Below, piece by piece: positions 24,600 to 38,270 of a stretch of 64,000 nt of DNA (the stretch's first letter is position 1; the number at the start of each line of letters is the position of its first letter). The notes beneath the pieces were generated by a model. That model ran no database searches. It saw only the letters and a program-made list of their open reading frames with translations, and was not told where the DNA came from. This DNA comes from Tubulanus polymorphus. Lineage: Eukaryota; Animalia; Nemertea. A program made the position numbers and the translations under genes. The stretch lies in contig NC_134025.1 of NCBI RefSeq assembly GCF_964204645.1, positions 19,071,101 through 19,135,100 of the forward strand, written 5' to 3'.

Positions 24600-25405
24600 A
24601 AGCCTTAAGGTCGCGTAAAACTCGATAAACACTTCAAGCGACACAGCGAACGATCTCCTTTCCTCCACAGCGAACGCTTACTCCGAATGTCAAGTGTGAG
24701 TCCAGCATACAGATAGGAGTGTGTTATATACTTGTATTTAGTAAATACCTTGTGCATTTGACAATGATCGGTATGTACTGTAGGAAAAATAGAGTATTGA
24801 TAAATGGTTGAAGCCCGCGGCCGAATAAAGTAATATATTCTTTTATTTTGATACCTCGTCGACATAACAGCTTTTCTCCGCCATATCTCTTCGGCCTGTT
24901 TAGTTTAGGCCTACGATTCCCCGGTACACTAAAGATTTATCTTAGTAAATACACGGTTAATTCGGTAAAGAAAAATAGGTATTGTTGAACTAACTCCTTG
25001 AAACCCGCAGCCAAATCACTGGTAGTAATAAATTAATTTGTACTCGATTTGATTCTCATGATGAGGAGAAACTCGCAGCTCATCCCCGGAACGTCGATGT
25101 AGTAACACACGTCGATTCGTCGATGTTTACGGCTCGACAGTGCTTTTAAAATCTAAAGTAGTAAATTTCCAGTGTATCGGTAATATGATTTGATGAGGAA
25201 AATGGGCTATTGTTAAAATCACTGTTTGAAGACCGCGACTGAATGTGAAGTCTGCGGCAATAAATTAGTTCATTTATACTTGAACTGATAATCGAAGTGA
25301 CAGTCGGCCTGCGGGTTGATTTCGGGATGACGACTCGAAAAACATGTCGCCCCATTGAATGGGGCTAAATTTTCGATGTTTACGGCCCGACAGCGCTTTT
25401 GTAAC
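24600..25405 (-). mobile_element. HINE family B internal fragment, inverted
   Basis: Reverse complement of 22550-22900 and of 28935-29690. Confidence 0.8.
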
Positions 25406-26924
25406 GACAATTCATTATTTTGGTTTTGTCGCCCGCGACAATTCTTCTTTTGTGTTTTGTCGCCCGCGACAATTCATTATTTTGGTTTTATATTTTGTTT
25501 TTGTCGCCCGCGACAATTTTTTTTTTGGTTTTGTCGCCCGGGACAATTCAATATTTTGGTTTTATCGCCTGTGACAATTCAATATTTTGGTTTTATCGCC
25601 CGCGATAATTCATTATTTTGGTTTTGTCGCCCGAGACAATTCATTATTTTGGTTTTATCGCCGGCGACAATTCATTATTACGGTTTTATCGCCCGCGACA
25701 ATTCATTATTTTGGTTTTGTCGCCCGAGACAATTCACCATTTTGGTTTTATCGCCCGCGACAATTCATTATTTTGGTTTTACCGCCTGCGACAATTCGTT
25801 ATTTTGGTTTTGTCGCCCGACAATTCTTTTTTTGGTTTTGTCGCCCGCGACAATTCATTAGTTTGGTTTTGTCGCCCGCGACAATTCAATATTTTGGTTT
25901 TGTCGCCCGCGACAATTCAATATTTTGGTTTTATCGCCCACGACAATTCATTACTTTGGTTTTATCTGCAGCGACAATTCATTATTTTGGTTTTGTCGCC
26001 CGCGACAATTCTTCTTTTTGGTTTTGTCGCCCGCGACAATTCACCATTATGGTTTTGTCGCCCGCGACAATTCACCATTATGGTTTTGTCACCCGCGACA
26101 ATTCATTATTTTGGTTTTATCGTCCGCGACAATTCATTATTTTGGTTTTATCGCCCGTGACAATTCATTATTTTGGTTTTGTCGCCCCGACAATTCTTTT
26201 TTTGGTTTTGTCGCCCGCGACAATTCATTAGTTTGGTTTTGTCGCCCGCGACAATTCAATATTTTGGTTTTGTCGCCTGCGACAATTCAATATTTTGGTT
26301 TTGTCGCCTGCGACAATTCATTACTTTGGTTTTATCTCCAGTGACAATTCATTATTTTGGTTTTGTCGCCCGCGACAATTCATTATTTTGGTTTTATATT
26401 TTGTTTCAGTCGCCCGCGACAATTTTTTTTTTGGTTTTGTCGCCCGCGACAATTCAATATTTTGGTTTTGTGGCCCGCGACAATTCATTATTTTGGTTTA
26501 ATCGCCCGCGACAATTCAATATTTTGTTTTTATCGCCCGCGATAATTCATTATTTAGGTTTTATCGCCCGCGACAATTCATTATTTTGGTTTTATCGCCC
26601 GCGACAATTCAATATTTTGTTTTTATCACCCGCGACAATTCATTATTTTGGTTTTGTCGCCCGCGACAATTCATTATTTTGGTTTTGTCGCCCGAGACAA
26701 TTCATTATTTTGGTTTTATCGCCCGCGACAATTCATTATTTTGGTTTTGTCGCCTGCGGCAATTCATTATTTTTGTTTTGTCGCACGTGACAATTCAATA
26801 GTTTGTTTTTGTCACCCGAGACAATTCATTATTTTGGTTTTATCGCCCGCGACAATTCAATATTTTTGTTTTATCGCCCGCGACAATTCATTAGTTTGGT
26901 TTTGTCGCCCGCAACAATTCTTTT
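25405..26924 (+). repeat. 31-bp tandem repeat array
   Basis: Same unit as 23146-24230. Confidence 0.95.
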
Positions 26925-28124
26925 TCAGTCCACTTGGCACTTAAGTTATTTTGGGAAGTTTTGAAGACGCTTCAAGGTAATGTTTTGATATTTGGTTTAT
27001 ACATGTATCTACCCTAGACACATCGTCAGCCCAAAAACTGGCCTTGTCAGATTCAAGATGGCCGACTGGCAGCCATTGTTGTTTGCCAAAATCCGCACTT
27101 GTTAAACATTTTCGAAGTTTTCGTGGGAAATTTTGAAGACGCTTTGATCAATTACCTTGATCTTTCGGTTATATTTGAATCTACCAAAGGCCCATCAGCA
27201 TATGAAAATTGGGTCGATCTGACTCAAGATGGCCATCCTATGACCTTTTTATTGCCCAAAAATGTCAATTTTGGCCAGAATTCTAGGTCCTGTAGCTTCC
27301 TACTGGTTTACCATTTCTCATTGCAATTGCTGATGGGTATTCTTTAGAGAGAGATGTTTTATACCTGGGACAGGTATTTTTGATCAGCCAATTATGACGC
27401 AATTGGCGGCCATCTTGGTGTCATCAGTACTAATTCGTAGGTGGGAAAAGGTTTTTCCACATTAAATTGATACCTAAGCATATTGTGTTACTATATTCAA
27501 TTGGAAAGTTGTAGCCCATAACGTGTTCTATGATTTTGGTGAGTTTCAAGGTCATTGGTTTTTGTATGTGGCCATCAGGGGGCGTTGAATAATACAATAA
27601 CTTAGTATTGCTATATTATATTTGTACCAAGGCATATTTTGTTACCATGATCAATTGCAAAGTTGTAGTTCATGACATCGCCTATGATTGCGGTGAGTTT
27701 TTAAGGACATTAGTTATTCCATATAGTCACCAGGGGGCGTTGAATAGTAGAAAAGCTTACTTTTCCTTATTAGATTGGTACCTAGGCATAGTTTGTTACC
27801 ATGATCCATTGCAAAGTTGTAGTTCATGACATCGTCTATGATTGTGGTGAGTTTTTATGGACATTAGTTATTCCATATAGTCACCAGGGGGCGTTGAATA
27901 GTAGAATGGCTTAGTATTTCCATATTAAATTGGTAACGAGGCATATTTTGTTATCACAATCAATTACAAAATCAAAGCTGCTCACATGTTCTATGATTGT
28001 GGTGGGTTTCAAGGTCATTGGTTTTTGTATATGGTCACTAGATGGCGTTATGTATTGAAATTGTTAGATTGTTGAGCATTTGAAACCACTTCCCAAGTGA
28101 GCATGGTGTCCCTGGACCCCTAGT
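26925..28124 (+). mobile_element. HINE family C inserted into a T-run of the 31-bp array
   Basis: Reverse complement of 30554-31687; ends ...TTCCCAAGTGAGCATGGTGTCCCTGGACCCCTAGT|TT; internal repeats carrying CAGGGGGCGTTGAATA. Confidence 0.8.
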
Positions 28125-28420
28125 TTGGTTTTGTCGCCCGCGACAATTCATTATTTTAGTTTTGTCGCACGCAACAATTCAATATTTTGTTTTTGTCGTC
28201 CGCGACAATTCATTATTTTGGTTTTATCGCCCGCGACAATTGAATATTTTGGTTTTAACGCCCCCGACAATTCATCATTGTGGTTTTATCGCCCGCGACA
28301 ATTCATTATTTTGGTTTTATCGCCCGCGACAATTCATTATTTTTGTTTTGTCGCCCGTGACAATTCAATATTTTGGTTTTGTCACCCGCGACAATTCATA
28401 ATTTTGGTTTTGTGGCCCGT
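28125..28420 (+). repeat. 31-bp tandem repeat array (continuation)
   Basis: Same unit; merges into a HINE B 3' end at 28420-28800. Confidence 0.9.
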
Positions 28421-30121
28421 GGTTTTGTCGGAACATTAAGTTTTTTTGGTCAAACAGTGTGTTAAGGTTGTTTTGGAAATTTACTCGGTCTGGTATATTT
28501 TGGATTACTGTGTATGTCATTTGTCAGGACATTAAACAGAAGACGACTTAGGATACTACCTTGCGTGACTCCACTAGTTTCACTCCACCATCTCATTCCA
28601 AGATGAGGCGTTCCGTTGATTTCGGTTACAAGTTTCCGTTCAGAGATAACTGCTGAGCCATTTGGGCGACCTATCATTGATACGGTTTCCTAATAGCCTG
28701 TTTAGTAATGGCTGATGTTGAGCCTTATCAAATGCTTTGTTGAAATCCCCCGTTGAACAGGATTCTAAGACTGAGCAGAAAACCCGTTACCGCTGCTTTT
28801 TTATATGTCACACTATTATTTTATGTCACACTATTTTCACTAAAATAACATAGGCTTTGTTACCTTGCCACTGTTGCCAATACAATCCGTATGATATCCT
28901 TCAGCTCACTCCGTGCGTATTACCATGAATCAATGTTACAAAAGCACTGTCGGGCCGTAAACATCGAAAATTTGGCCCCATTCATGTTTTTCTGGGTCGT
29001 CATCCCGAAATCCACAGGTTGCTCGTCACTTCGTTTATCAATTCAAGTGTAAATAAACAAATTTATTGCTGCAAGACTTCACATTCAGCCGCGGTTTTTA
29101 AACAGTAATTTTTAACAATTACCCATTTTCCTCATCAAATCATATTACCGATACACAGGAAATTTACTGCTCTATATTTTAAAAGCACTGTCAAGCCGTA
29201 AACATCGAAGAATCGACGTGTGTCTCTTCATCGTCCTTCCGGGGATCAGCTGTGAGTTTCTCCTCATCATGACAATCAAATCAAGTACAAATAAATTTAT
29301 TACTACCAGTGATATGGCCACGGTCTTCAAACAGTTAGTTTAACAATACCTACTTTTCTTTACCAAATTTACTTGTAGTTGTAGGCCTAAACTAAACCTG
29401 CCGAAGAGATGTAGCGGAGAAAAGCTGTTGTGTCGACGAGGTATCAAAATAAAAGAATATATTACTTAATTTGGCCGCGGGCTTCAACCATTTATCAATA
29501 CTCTATATTTCCTACAGTACATACTGATCATTGTCAATTCCACAAGGTATTTACTAAATACAAGTATAGAACACACTCCTATCCGTATGCTCACACTTGA
29601 CATTCGGAGCATTCGCCGTGGGGAAAAGAAGATGGTTCGCTGTGTCGCTTGAAGTGTTTATCGAGTTGTACGCGACTTTAGGCTTTAGGCCCACCGGTAC
29701 TGGTACTGAGCTTTACTGTCTCAAACAAACACAGTATAATTGTTGCGTTTATAAACGGACTCATTGGATTGAACTTCAAAACAAAATTTACGATGTTTAG
29801 GAGGGTTGTAATTCAATAGGTCTACGACCAATCTGTCGATGTAAGGCCTACGCATATACATAGGCCTACATAGGCTAGTAGCCTCTACTAGGTTAAAGCT
29901 AAGTTCACTGTAAAGGAGGAATCAGATTTATTAAAATGCATGTTAATTAGTGATTAACTGGTTCTGACTTGCAACGATCAATCACAATTATCAATTTTAT
30001 TGGCAAAAATGAAGATTTTTTTAAAAATTTCGTCTGAGCAGACAGCTTTATAAGCCAGACTTTTCATTTGAGTTTTTTCATCATAAATGAAACTGGTATT
30101 CTATTAATTCCTAACGACTTA

Positions 30122-30424
30122 AGCCAGGCATAGGTTGGCTTGCGACTCACTGCAACGCCATTCACTGCGACCGCCAGCGACGATTGTGTCGCAACAACTC
30201 ATCGACCTACGCTCCCTTGCGACGGGTTGCGACTGTCAGCACCGCCAGTCACGAGGAGTCGCACGTGTTCTACATTCTGCGGGGCGACACGACCGTCACA
30301 ACCGACCTACGCGCTCTTGAGACTGACAGAAACTAGTCGCACAGTTGCTGACAATCATTTCGCAACTGACTTGCGATGCAACACGAGGATCGCATCGCGT
30401 CTCAAGGCCAACCTACGTCCGGCT
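30122..30424. mobile_element. PIF/Harbinger-like MITE
   Basis: TIRs AGCCAGGCATAGGTTGGC / GCCAACCTACGTCCGGCT, TSD TTA on both sides; a partial copy sits at the same position in the other HINE B (47465-47690). Confidence 0.7.
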
Positions 30425-30553
30425 TTAAGTTACTGCAGAGCCCCAGAAATATCTTTTTTTTCCATTCAAAAGACCGCTCGAAAATTCTTAGGTTGGAACA
30501 AAATTTTCTTTGTTCGAACCAATAACATTCTTTTCGAATCGAACCAATTTGAA

Positions 30554-31687
30554 ACTAGGGGTCCAGGGACACCATGCCCACTTGGGAAGTGGTTCCAAAT
30601 GCTCAACAATCAAACAATTTCAATATTCAACGCCCCCTGGTGACCATATACAAAAACCAATGACCTTGAAACTCACCACAATCATAGAACATGTCATGAA
30701 CTACAACTTTGCAATCGATCATGGTAACAAAATATGCTTAGGTACCAATATAATAAGGAAATATTAAGTTATTCTACTATTCAACGCCCCCTGGTGACCA
30801 TATAGAATAACTAATGTCCTTAAAACTCACAACAATCGTAGATGATGTCATGAGCTACAATTTTCCAATTGATTGTGGTTACAAAATATGCATAGGTACG
30901 AATATAATATAGAAATGCTAAGATATTGCATTATTCAACGCCCCCTGGTGGCCATATACAAAATCCAATGACCTTGAAACTCACCACAATCATAGAACAC
31001 GTTATGAGCTACAACTTTCTAAATGATTGTGGTAACAAAATACGCTTAGGTATCAATATAATGTGGAAAAACTTTTTCCCACTTACGAATGAGTACTGGT
31101 GACACCAAGATGGCCGCCAATTGCGTCATAATTGGCTGATGAAAAATACCTGTCTCAAATATAAAACATCCCTTTCCAAAGAATACCCATCACAAATTGC
31201 AACGAGAAATAGTAAACCAGTAGGAAGCTACAGGACTCAGAATTCGGACCAAAATTAACATTTTTGGGCACTAAAAAGGTCATAGGATGGCCATCTTGAG
31301 TCCGATCAACCCAATTTTTGTTATGCTGATGGGCCCTTGGGGGATTCACATATATCTGAAAGATCAAGGTAATTGATCGAACGACTTCAAAATTTCCCTC
31401 AAAAAGTTCAAAAATCTGTAAAAAGTGCTGATTTTGGCAAATAACAATGGCTGCCAGTCGGCCATCTTGAATCTGATAGGGCCAGTTTTTGGGCTGAAGA
31501 TGTGTCTAGGGTAGATACATGTGTAACCCAAATATCAAGACATTACCTTGAAGCGTCTTCAAAACATCCCAAAATAACTGGATTCCGTCTACGGACGGAC
31601 GGACGGACGAACGAATGGACGGACGGACTGATGACGGACGAAAAGTGAATGCAATAGCCCGCTGGGACTATAGTCCCAAGTGGGCCA
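30554..31687 (-). mobile_element. HINE family C, full-length copy
   Basis: subTIR GCCCACTTGGGA at both ends, 5' palindrome GGGACTATAGTCCC, (ACGG)n microsatellite at 31590-31640, ~154-bp internal tandem repeats (30625, 30779, 30933), 3' stem-loop plus CTAGT. Confidence 0.85.
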
Positions 31688-32595
31688 AAAATCATTTGAA
31701 CAGAATCGTTTTAACTTGAACAGAATTTTCTAGTCAGAACATTAAGTTTTTCGTTCGAACAAGTATATGTTAAAAAGTTTTTTCTCCGAACCAAAAGCAT
31801 TTAGTATTTCGTTCAATCGAACAGAATGGTTTTCATTCAAACATTCGTTCGAAAAAATTGTTTTCGCTCAACCATATTTTTTTGTCGGGACAAAAAGTTT
31901 TTCATTTCAACAATAACATAGCTTTTTATTCGAACACATTTTTTTGTCAGAATGAAGAAAAGTTTTGGTTCAAACAAAAAGCGTATTGTACGATCAAACA
32001 GAACTGTTTTCATTCGAACAAGATTTTCTTGTCGGAACATTAAGTTTTTTGGTCGAACAACGTGTTAAGGGCGTTTTGGAAATTTACTCCAGTACATTTT
32101 GGATTACTGTGTATGTCATTTATCAGGACATTAAAGAGAAGACGACTTAGGATACTACCTTGCGTGACTCCACTAGTTAGACTGACTTAACAGTCGGACC
32201 GACTTAACTAGTTAGACCGACTCATAAGATGAGGCGTTCCGTTGATTTCGGCTACATGTTTTCGTTCCGAGATAACTGCTGAGCCATTTGAGCGACCTAT
32301 CATTGATACTGTTTCCTAATAGCCTATTTAGTAATGGCTGATGTCGTACCTTATCAAATGCTTTCTCGAAATCCATAAAGAGTAATTATGGCCTAACAGA
32401 TTCTCCAGAGTCAAATAGGACCATCTGATCCAGTTGTCCATGGTTTCAAGTAGGTATAATTGACTGTTTGTCAACCTACCTCTTATAAAACCGTGTTAAC
32501 CGTTGAACAGAATTATAAGACGGTGCAGAAAACCTGTTATCGCTGCTTTGCAGCTATATTTTAGAATTATTATATCATTTAATATTTTTAGTTTT

Positions 32596-32870
32596 TGTCA
32601 CAGAGTGAGTTGTGGACTTCTCCGGTGCGGAGTTTGGTTTTTCAGTTGTATGAACTGTCTAGTGGCGCCGCCCTAGGGGTTGTCGTCGTGGCAACTGGGA
32701 ACCCGTGTTTATGATCATTATTTATATGTGATTCGATCTATTTGGATCGAATTATTGTCAGCACAAAATAAACTAGATTTAATACTATAGTCATATTATT
32801 TCCGTTTATTTAGTGGTAGTTGAGGAGCTGGTCAGGTGGCATTTCCTGACACCTGTCTACGACAGTGACA
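32596..32870 (+). repeat. LTR-like sequence (TGTCAC...GTGACA)
   Basis: Inverted 6-bp ends and an internal AATAAA; no TSD, and only a degenerate PBS-like segment follows. Confidence 0.45.
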
Positions 32871-33124
32871 TACGACGTCATCAGAGGATTTCGACTGATT
32901 AGACGAGACCAACATTGAGTCAGCAGTTAAGCAGAGGAAGCAACTCTCGTCTCCGTTACGCATCGAATCGAGGAATCGGCTCTGTCATATTTTATTTTCA
33001 GTTGATTGGATGTGCTTTTTATTTTTTTTCACCTTCCACTAATTTTGGAGCAGTAATGATTTTTTATTTGTATCATTTAATCCAAATTTATCATTTATTG
33101 TTGCAGTTTTAATTAAATTATTAT

Positions 33125-33632
33125 AACCAAATATAGCTGCAAAGCAGCGATAACGGGTTTTCTGCACATCCTTGTTCGTATTCGTGATCTTGTCTGGATA
33201 ATGTGTCGACCACGATCGTGTGTACGCGACACAGCCAAACCATGCCATGAAATTGAAGGGAATCTAGAATCCTGTTCAACCGTCAACATGGTTTTATAAA
33301 CGGACGGTCGACAATCAGTCAATTAGGCCTACTTTGAAACCATGGATGACTGGACCAGATAGTTATTTGACTCTGGAAAATCGACTGTTAGGCCTATTGG
33401 TATTTATGGATTTCGAAAAAGCATTTGATAAGGTACAACATCAGCGATTACTAAACAAGCTAATCGGAAACGGTATCAATGATGGGTCGTTTAAATGGCT
33501 CAGCAGATTTCTCTGAACGAAAACAGGTGGCCGAAATCAAAGGAACATCTTGGAATAAATCAGTCTAACTAGTCATACAAGGTAGTATCCAAAGTCGTCT
33601 TCTCTTCACTATCCTGATGGATGATATACAGA
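33125..33632 (-). mobile_element. HINE family B 3' fragment with captured LINE RT segment
   Basis: AAATATAGCTGCAAAGCAGCGATAACGGGTTTTCTGC end; the plus strand reads VFMDFEKAFDKVQHQRLLNKL. Confidence 0.75.
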
Positions 33633-33945
33633 AGTAATAGGGATAATAGGGGTTCAAGCCAAAGGTCGAAAGGTCGAAAAATAAATTCTCGCACACTCAA
33701 ATTTATTTTCCGACCATTCAACCTTTGACTTGAACCCCTATTATCCCTATTACTCTTAAAATATTCATATATATGAACATTATTTAAATGAATTTCATAT
33801 ATTTTGAAATAAATTTCATGTTTTAAAAGTGAGAGTAAAATGTTAGCATAATAATCTAGAAAAATAAGATCAAATATAGATTTCGAATAACAAAAAATCA
33901 ATTTTTAACATAAAAAGTGTGAGTAAAGTGTGAGTGAAATAATTC
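33633..33945 (+). mobile_element. Second copy of the hairpin-ended AT-rich element terminus (hairpin 33633-33754)
   Basis: Reverse complement of 6058-6358; 55-nt arms with 4 mismatches around a 12-nt loop. Confidence 0.85.
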
Positions 33946-34464
33946 AAATACTGTAATTAGTAATTAAAAAAAATACATTAGCTTATATAATTAGTTTAAA
34001 TATTACAATTGAAGAACAAGATAAATTATTAGAAGATAAATTATTAGAAGAATTAATTAATTATTAGTAATAATTTATAACAATGATTAATTAATTTTTT
34101 GTTATATGAATGGTAGACAATTTCTAATTTCTAGCGTCTTCAAAATGCCCTTGTGTTGATTTTGGTGGACAACAATGTCGGCCAGTCAGACCTCTTGATT
34201 CTGACTGGGCCAGTCTTTGGGCTGCAGATGTGTCTAAGGTAAATACATGTATAGAACATAAATCTAAACAATCAATTGAAGTGTCTTCAAAACTTTTCAT
34301 AATAACTGGATTCTGTCTACAGATACACGGAAGAACAAATGGTCAGACGAGGCCTGGAAACTGAACACATAGCCCACTGGGACTATAATCCCTAAGTGGG
34401 CTTAAAACGAAGCATGTCATTCAAGTTTTGCTGATTAAATTGTGGAGACTGCAAGGGTACTTAC

Positions 34465-34586
34465 GAACAGCCGTCGTAGGAGGAATTTCCTTAACTCTAT
34501 TACATCTACAACAACACCATATAATTAGTACAATAATACCAATCAGAACAATTACTCCTATGACTGTCCCAGCAACACGGCCACCA
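34465..34586 (-). CDS. Host membrane protein exon encoding the transmembrane helix and Cys cluster
   Basis: Branch-like CTAAT, ttttttcAG acceptor, GTAAGT donor; GGRVAGTVIGVIVLIGIIVLIIWCCCRCNRVKEIPPTTAV; end phase matches the downstream exons. Confidence 0.8.
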
Positions 34587-37500
34587 CTGAAAAAAACAAC
34601 ATTAGTGCTGAGAAAACTTCTATTACCACCGTAGAATATACTTATGCAGCTATCAATATGGGCCTCAACCGCCACATCCCAAACTGACTGACACATCTTC
34701 GATGCTGATAAACAACCAAATCCTGAACGAACTTGTTTTTCAATTTCTCTGATAATCTTAATCTTCCTCGAGGCACGTTTGTTGCCATCATTAAGCTCGA
34801 GTGAAACAGCTGAAACAATGGTGGACCACAACAAATTTTAGCACCCAGCAACACTTTTTATATTGTTTATGTATATCATCATTTATCTACGATACTTCTC
34901 TAAATAAAGCAACATTGTTTCTCTGTTTAAACCTGGCTGGCTCGTTAGAACCGATGAAAATATGTAATAGAACTCCAAAACTAAGGGTGTTATAACTGAA
35001 AGTTCGTAGAAAAGGGGTTATTGTTTCCGATGAAATTTAACTGTAAATGAAAAGGATCTTTTAGTCGGGGATTTTTTCTGTATGTAACAAGCTTTGGGTC
35101 GTTAGTTCTGAGGTCGTTAAAACAAGTTTTCCACTGTAATATAAAAAATATTTGCCAGAGAAAAGGAAGAAACAACTGCAACTGAATATATGATTTGTAC
35201 AAAGGACTACGAGTCAAAGGGCACAATGCCCGCTTGGGATGTGGTTTGAAATGCTCGACAAACAGACCTTAAAACTCAACACTAATCAACAGCTACAATT
35301 TTCCAATTGATTGTGGTTACAAAATATACCTAGATTCCAATGTATTATGAAAATACTAAGTTATTTAGCTATTCAACGGCCCTTGGTGACCATATACAAA
35401 ATCCAATGACCTTGAAACTTACTACAAACATAGAACATGTCACTAGCTACACTTTTGCAATTCATCGTGGTTACAAAATATACCTGAGCGCCAATACAAT
35501 TTTATAACAAGGTGCATTAGTGAATTGATGGAGTTAGTCGTATCCCGAATACTAGACCATACATTGGTTTAGTAAGGTGCTCTATCAGCTTATACTTGAC
35601 ATAAAAGGAAATGCATGTTATAAAAAGTATGATGTAATTAGATTTTAAATATAATATTTCTATATTTTTGTTGCTGAAGCTGAAATCAAATCTAGCTGTA
35701 TCGAGAGATGAGAAAGTATTCTAAGTTCTATACAAACTCCGTCGGGATTTTCAGGACTCAAAGCCAAGACCTTAGGCTAAAAAATGATACCTTGTCTCTC
35801 CACTCATTGCTGAGCTTAAAATTTGACATAGCCGGCCACCTATCTTCCCTGTACATTACTTTTTTAAACCATGATCAATGATATTTTACTATAACAGACC
35901 CGGCAGTTTAAGAAACTAGAGGACCAAGGGTCCTGTGCTCTCGAGGTACAGTTTTTTTATAATATCAATGAAAACATGTTACATTCTACTTCTCTTTTAA
36001 TTATGCAGATACGTTCGCACTGGTGAGACTTTACGCCTCAGTGGTATATCCCGGACGTATGCATAATTAATTTTAGTTCAAATATTTTCAAACAAATCTT
36101 TTTTTATTAAGAGAATATCCTTATTTAAAGATTAACGGCTTCGTTGATTTTGGTGAGCTTCATGTGTTACTAAAAACGAGGGCGCCTATCACCGAAGCTC
36201 CGCAGTAAATGCTGCAAACTACACCGCGCATCGACATGCAATTATCAGCACATATAATGAAAAATCCTCATCAATTTTATTTCTTCTTTTGTAGTTTTCT
36301 TACTGAAGAATTTCATATGTTGTATCAGTAATATATAAAAAGCCTACTTGTAAATTCGACAGCAAATGTTGTACAATTCCGCTCATGTTGTGTTTACGTT
36401 TAGATCAAGTAGATCAAGATGACCTCACACTGACGTCCCCAAAAACGGCATAAAATTGGCAATTTACCCAATTTAGGCTTCATCAATAGCCTTCAAAAGC
36501 AGTCACCACTTAGCTGCCATTATAACAGCCAACTTAATGCAGACCTTAGCCCGTGAATCATTTCACACTCGAAGGAGATAGCGGTCAACACGAATTCAAC
36601 ACTCCGTCTAATACTAAATTCAGCTGCGCTGAATCTAAAAATACTAAGTTCTGTATTTTACCTAATGCTCCTTACTCCATGGGATTGTCGTCATTTTGCG
36701 GGTCACTGTATTGCCTCCTTCTGGTCCGAATAGCCGTGGTCGAAAGAAGCTCTTGCCTCCTATGGGTTATTCGTTTTTTAATCTAGTCAATTCAATTACA
36801 GATTTATATTTAATACGTTTTTATTTTTCAGTCGTATATAACTTTATGAGAATTTTCTCCTTTTTGTGAATGACCTGCATGCTGTTGTTGGCCATTTGAA
36901 TTTTCATCTTAGCCTACTCGATATTTTTTGGAACTTTATGTACCTCCAATATTCACATTTATATTATCTAATAACGGACCCTCTGGGTGCTGTTTTTAAT
37001 TTTAATGGAAATGTCCAAGAACATTCTTCGGGCAAATAGCCTGCCGTTACGTCAAGATTTGGCAAATATTATTCATGGTATTATTGATAAACGGAAGGAT
37101 GAAAATCCAGAAAATAAAAAAGATTGTGGAGATTAGACGAAGTATCTTTGTCCTGAGAACTTACCGAATTGAATCCGACTCCAGTGAATCAGGCTATCTG
37201 GCGCAAATTGACTAAATGAAAGGCTGAATCCAAGAACATGTCTATCGCACTTTTGAGCCCAAACGTCTACTTTTACTTAGTAGCCACTTGAGAACAATAA
37301 GCAATTAACGATATCGGCTACTTTTCCAGTAGTATACATTTCAAAACAGTCACTCTGAAATAGTATACCTTTCAATTTGGTTGGTTTTCTATAGTGGCTG
37401 TTTCGAAGAGTCTACTATTGAAAAGTGACCATTTTGAAACATCTGGTTTCGATAGTGCATACTAGCAGTAGAGGTGACTGTAAAACCACCCGCCTGTTAA

Positions 37501-38270
37501 CTGTGACTTTTTGATAGCAACTCCTACCATAGCAGCTACTCTCAAAACACATCGTTTCTAAAAGTCAATATTGAAAAGTGACCATTTTGAGATCGCTTGC
37601 CAGATTCCCTGTTATAAATACACTGTAGCAACATATGCTTCAGATTTGCAGTGATACGTGACAGTATAAACACACGGAAAACTCTACTCACGCTATAGTT
37701 TGGGGTATAGTTCTATTTAGAGTGACTCAGTTAAGATTTGAAGATATTGTAGATACTCTTTGAGGATGTGAAATGTAATGAGCGATTCCCAACTCTAACC
37801 AATAAAAGTCCAGATTGGAGTTAAATTTGTTTACAAATTGTCAATAGTTCTGTAGTTTTAAGATAAATAATAATTTCCTTTTCATGGCGATAGAATTGAA
37901 TAAAGAATTCAATTTGAACAAATGCAGCTATTTTCAAGCATAGGTCTGCATTTATTTTTGATTTAAATTCTTAGATTAAAAGCACAATCATAAATTCAGG
38001 CTAACCTCTCATTATTGAAATAGTGGTCTTTGCATCTTAAATTAAGATGTGCATTTTGGAGTGATCGAATTTCCCTGAATTCTAATTTCGCGAAATCATT
38101 GATTTTTTTAAAACAAAATATGCTATATATCCACGTGGATTTTTAACATTCTAAAGAAATCATCTAAATTGTGCCCATATTTGATCGAATTTAATAGAAG
38201 AAACTTTGTATGGTATTCAAGATTTCATTTGGATTACGGTAACGGCCTTTGGTGATTGTCACCGGGGTCA

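Larger units (their letters stand above)
28810..32560 (+). mobile_element. HINE family B near-complete copy with nested MITE and nested HINE C
   Basis: Colinear with 46378-48604; 3' end GCAGAAAACCTG (subTIR) + GCTGCTTTGCAGC stem-loop + TATATTT; carries an antisense LINE-RT fragment at ~32105-32372. Confidence 0.8.

Noticed and set aside
23112-26944. Many overlapping ORFs (LVLSPATIHYFGFIARDN...)
   Set aside because: They are translations of a stop-poor tandem repeat in all three frames.
23146-28420. CRISPR array
   Set aside because: The 31-bp units are head-to-tail with no unique spacers, there are no cas genes, and the context is eukaryotic.
34421-34834. 137-aa single-exon membrane protein
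   Set aside because: Only 34465-34586 is bounded by splice signals; the rest reads through intron sequence.
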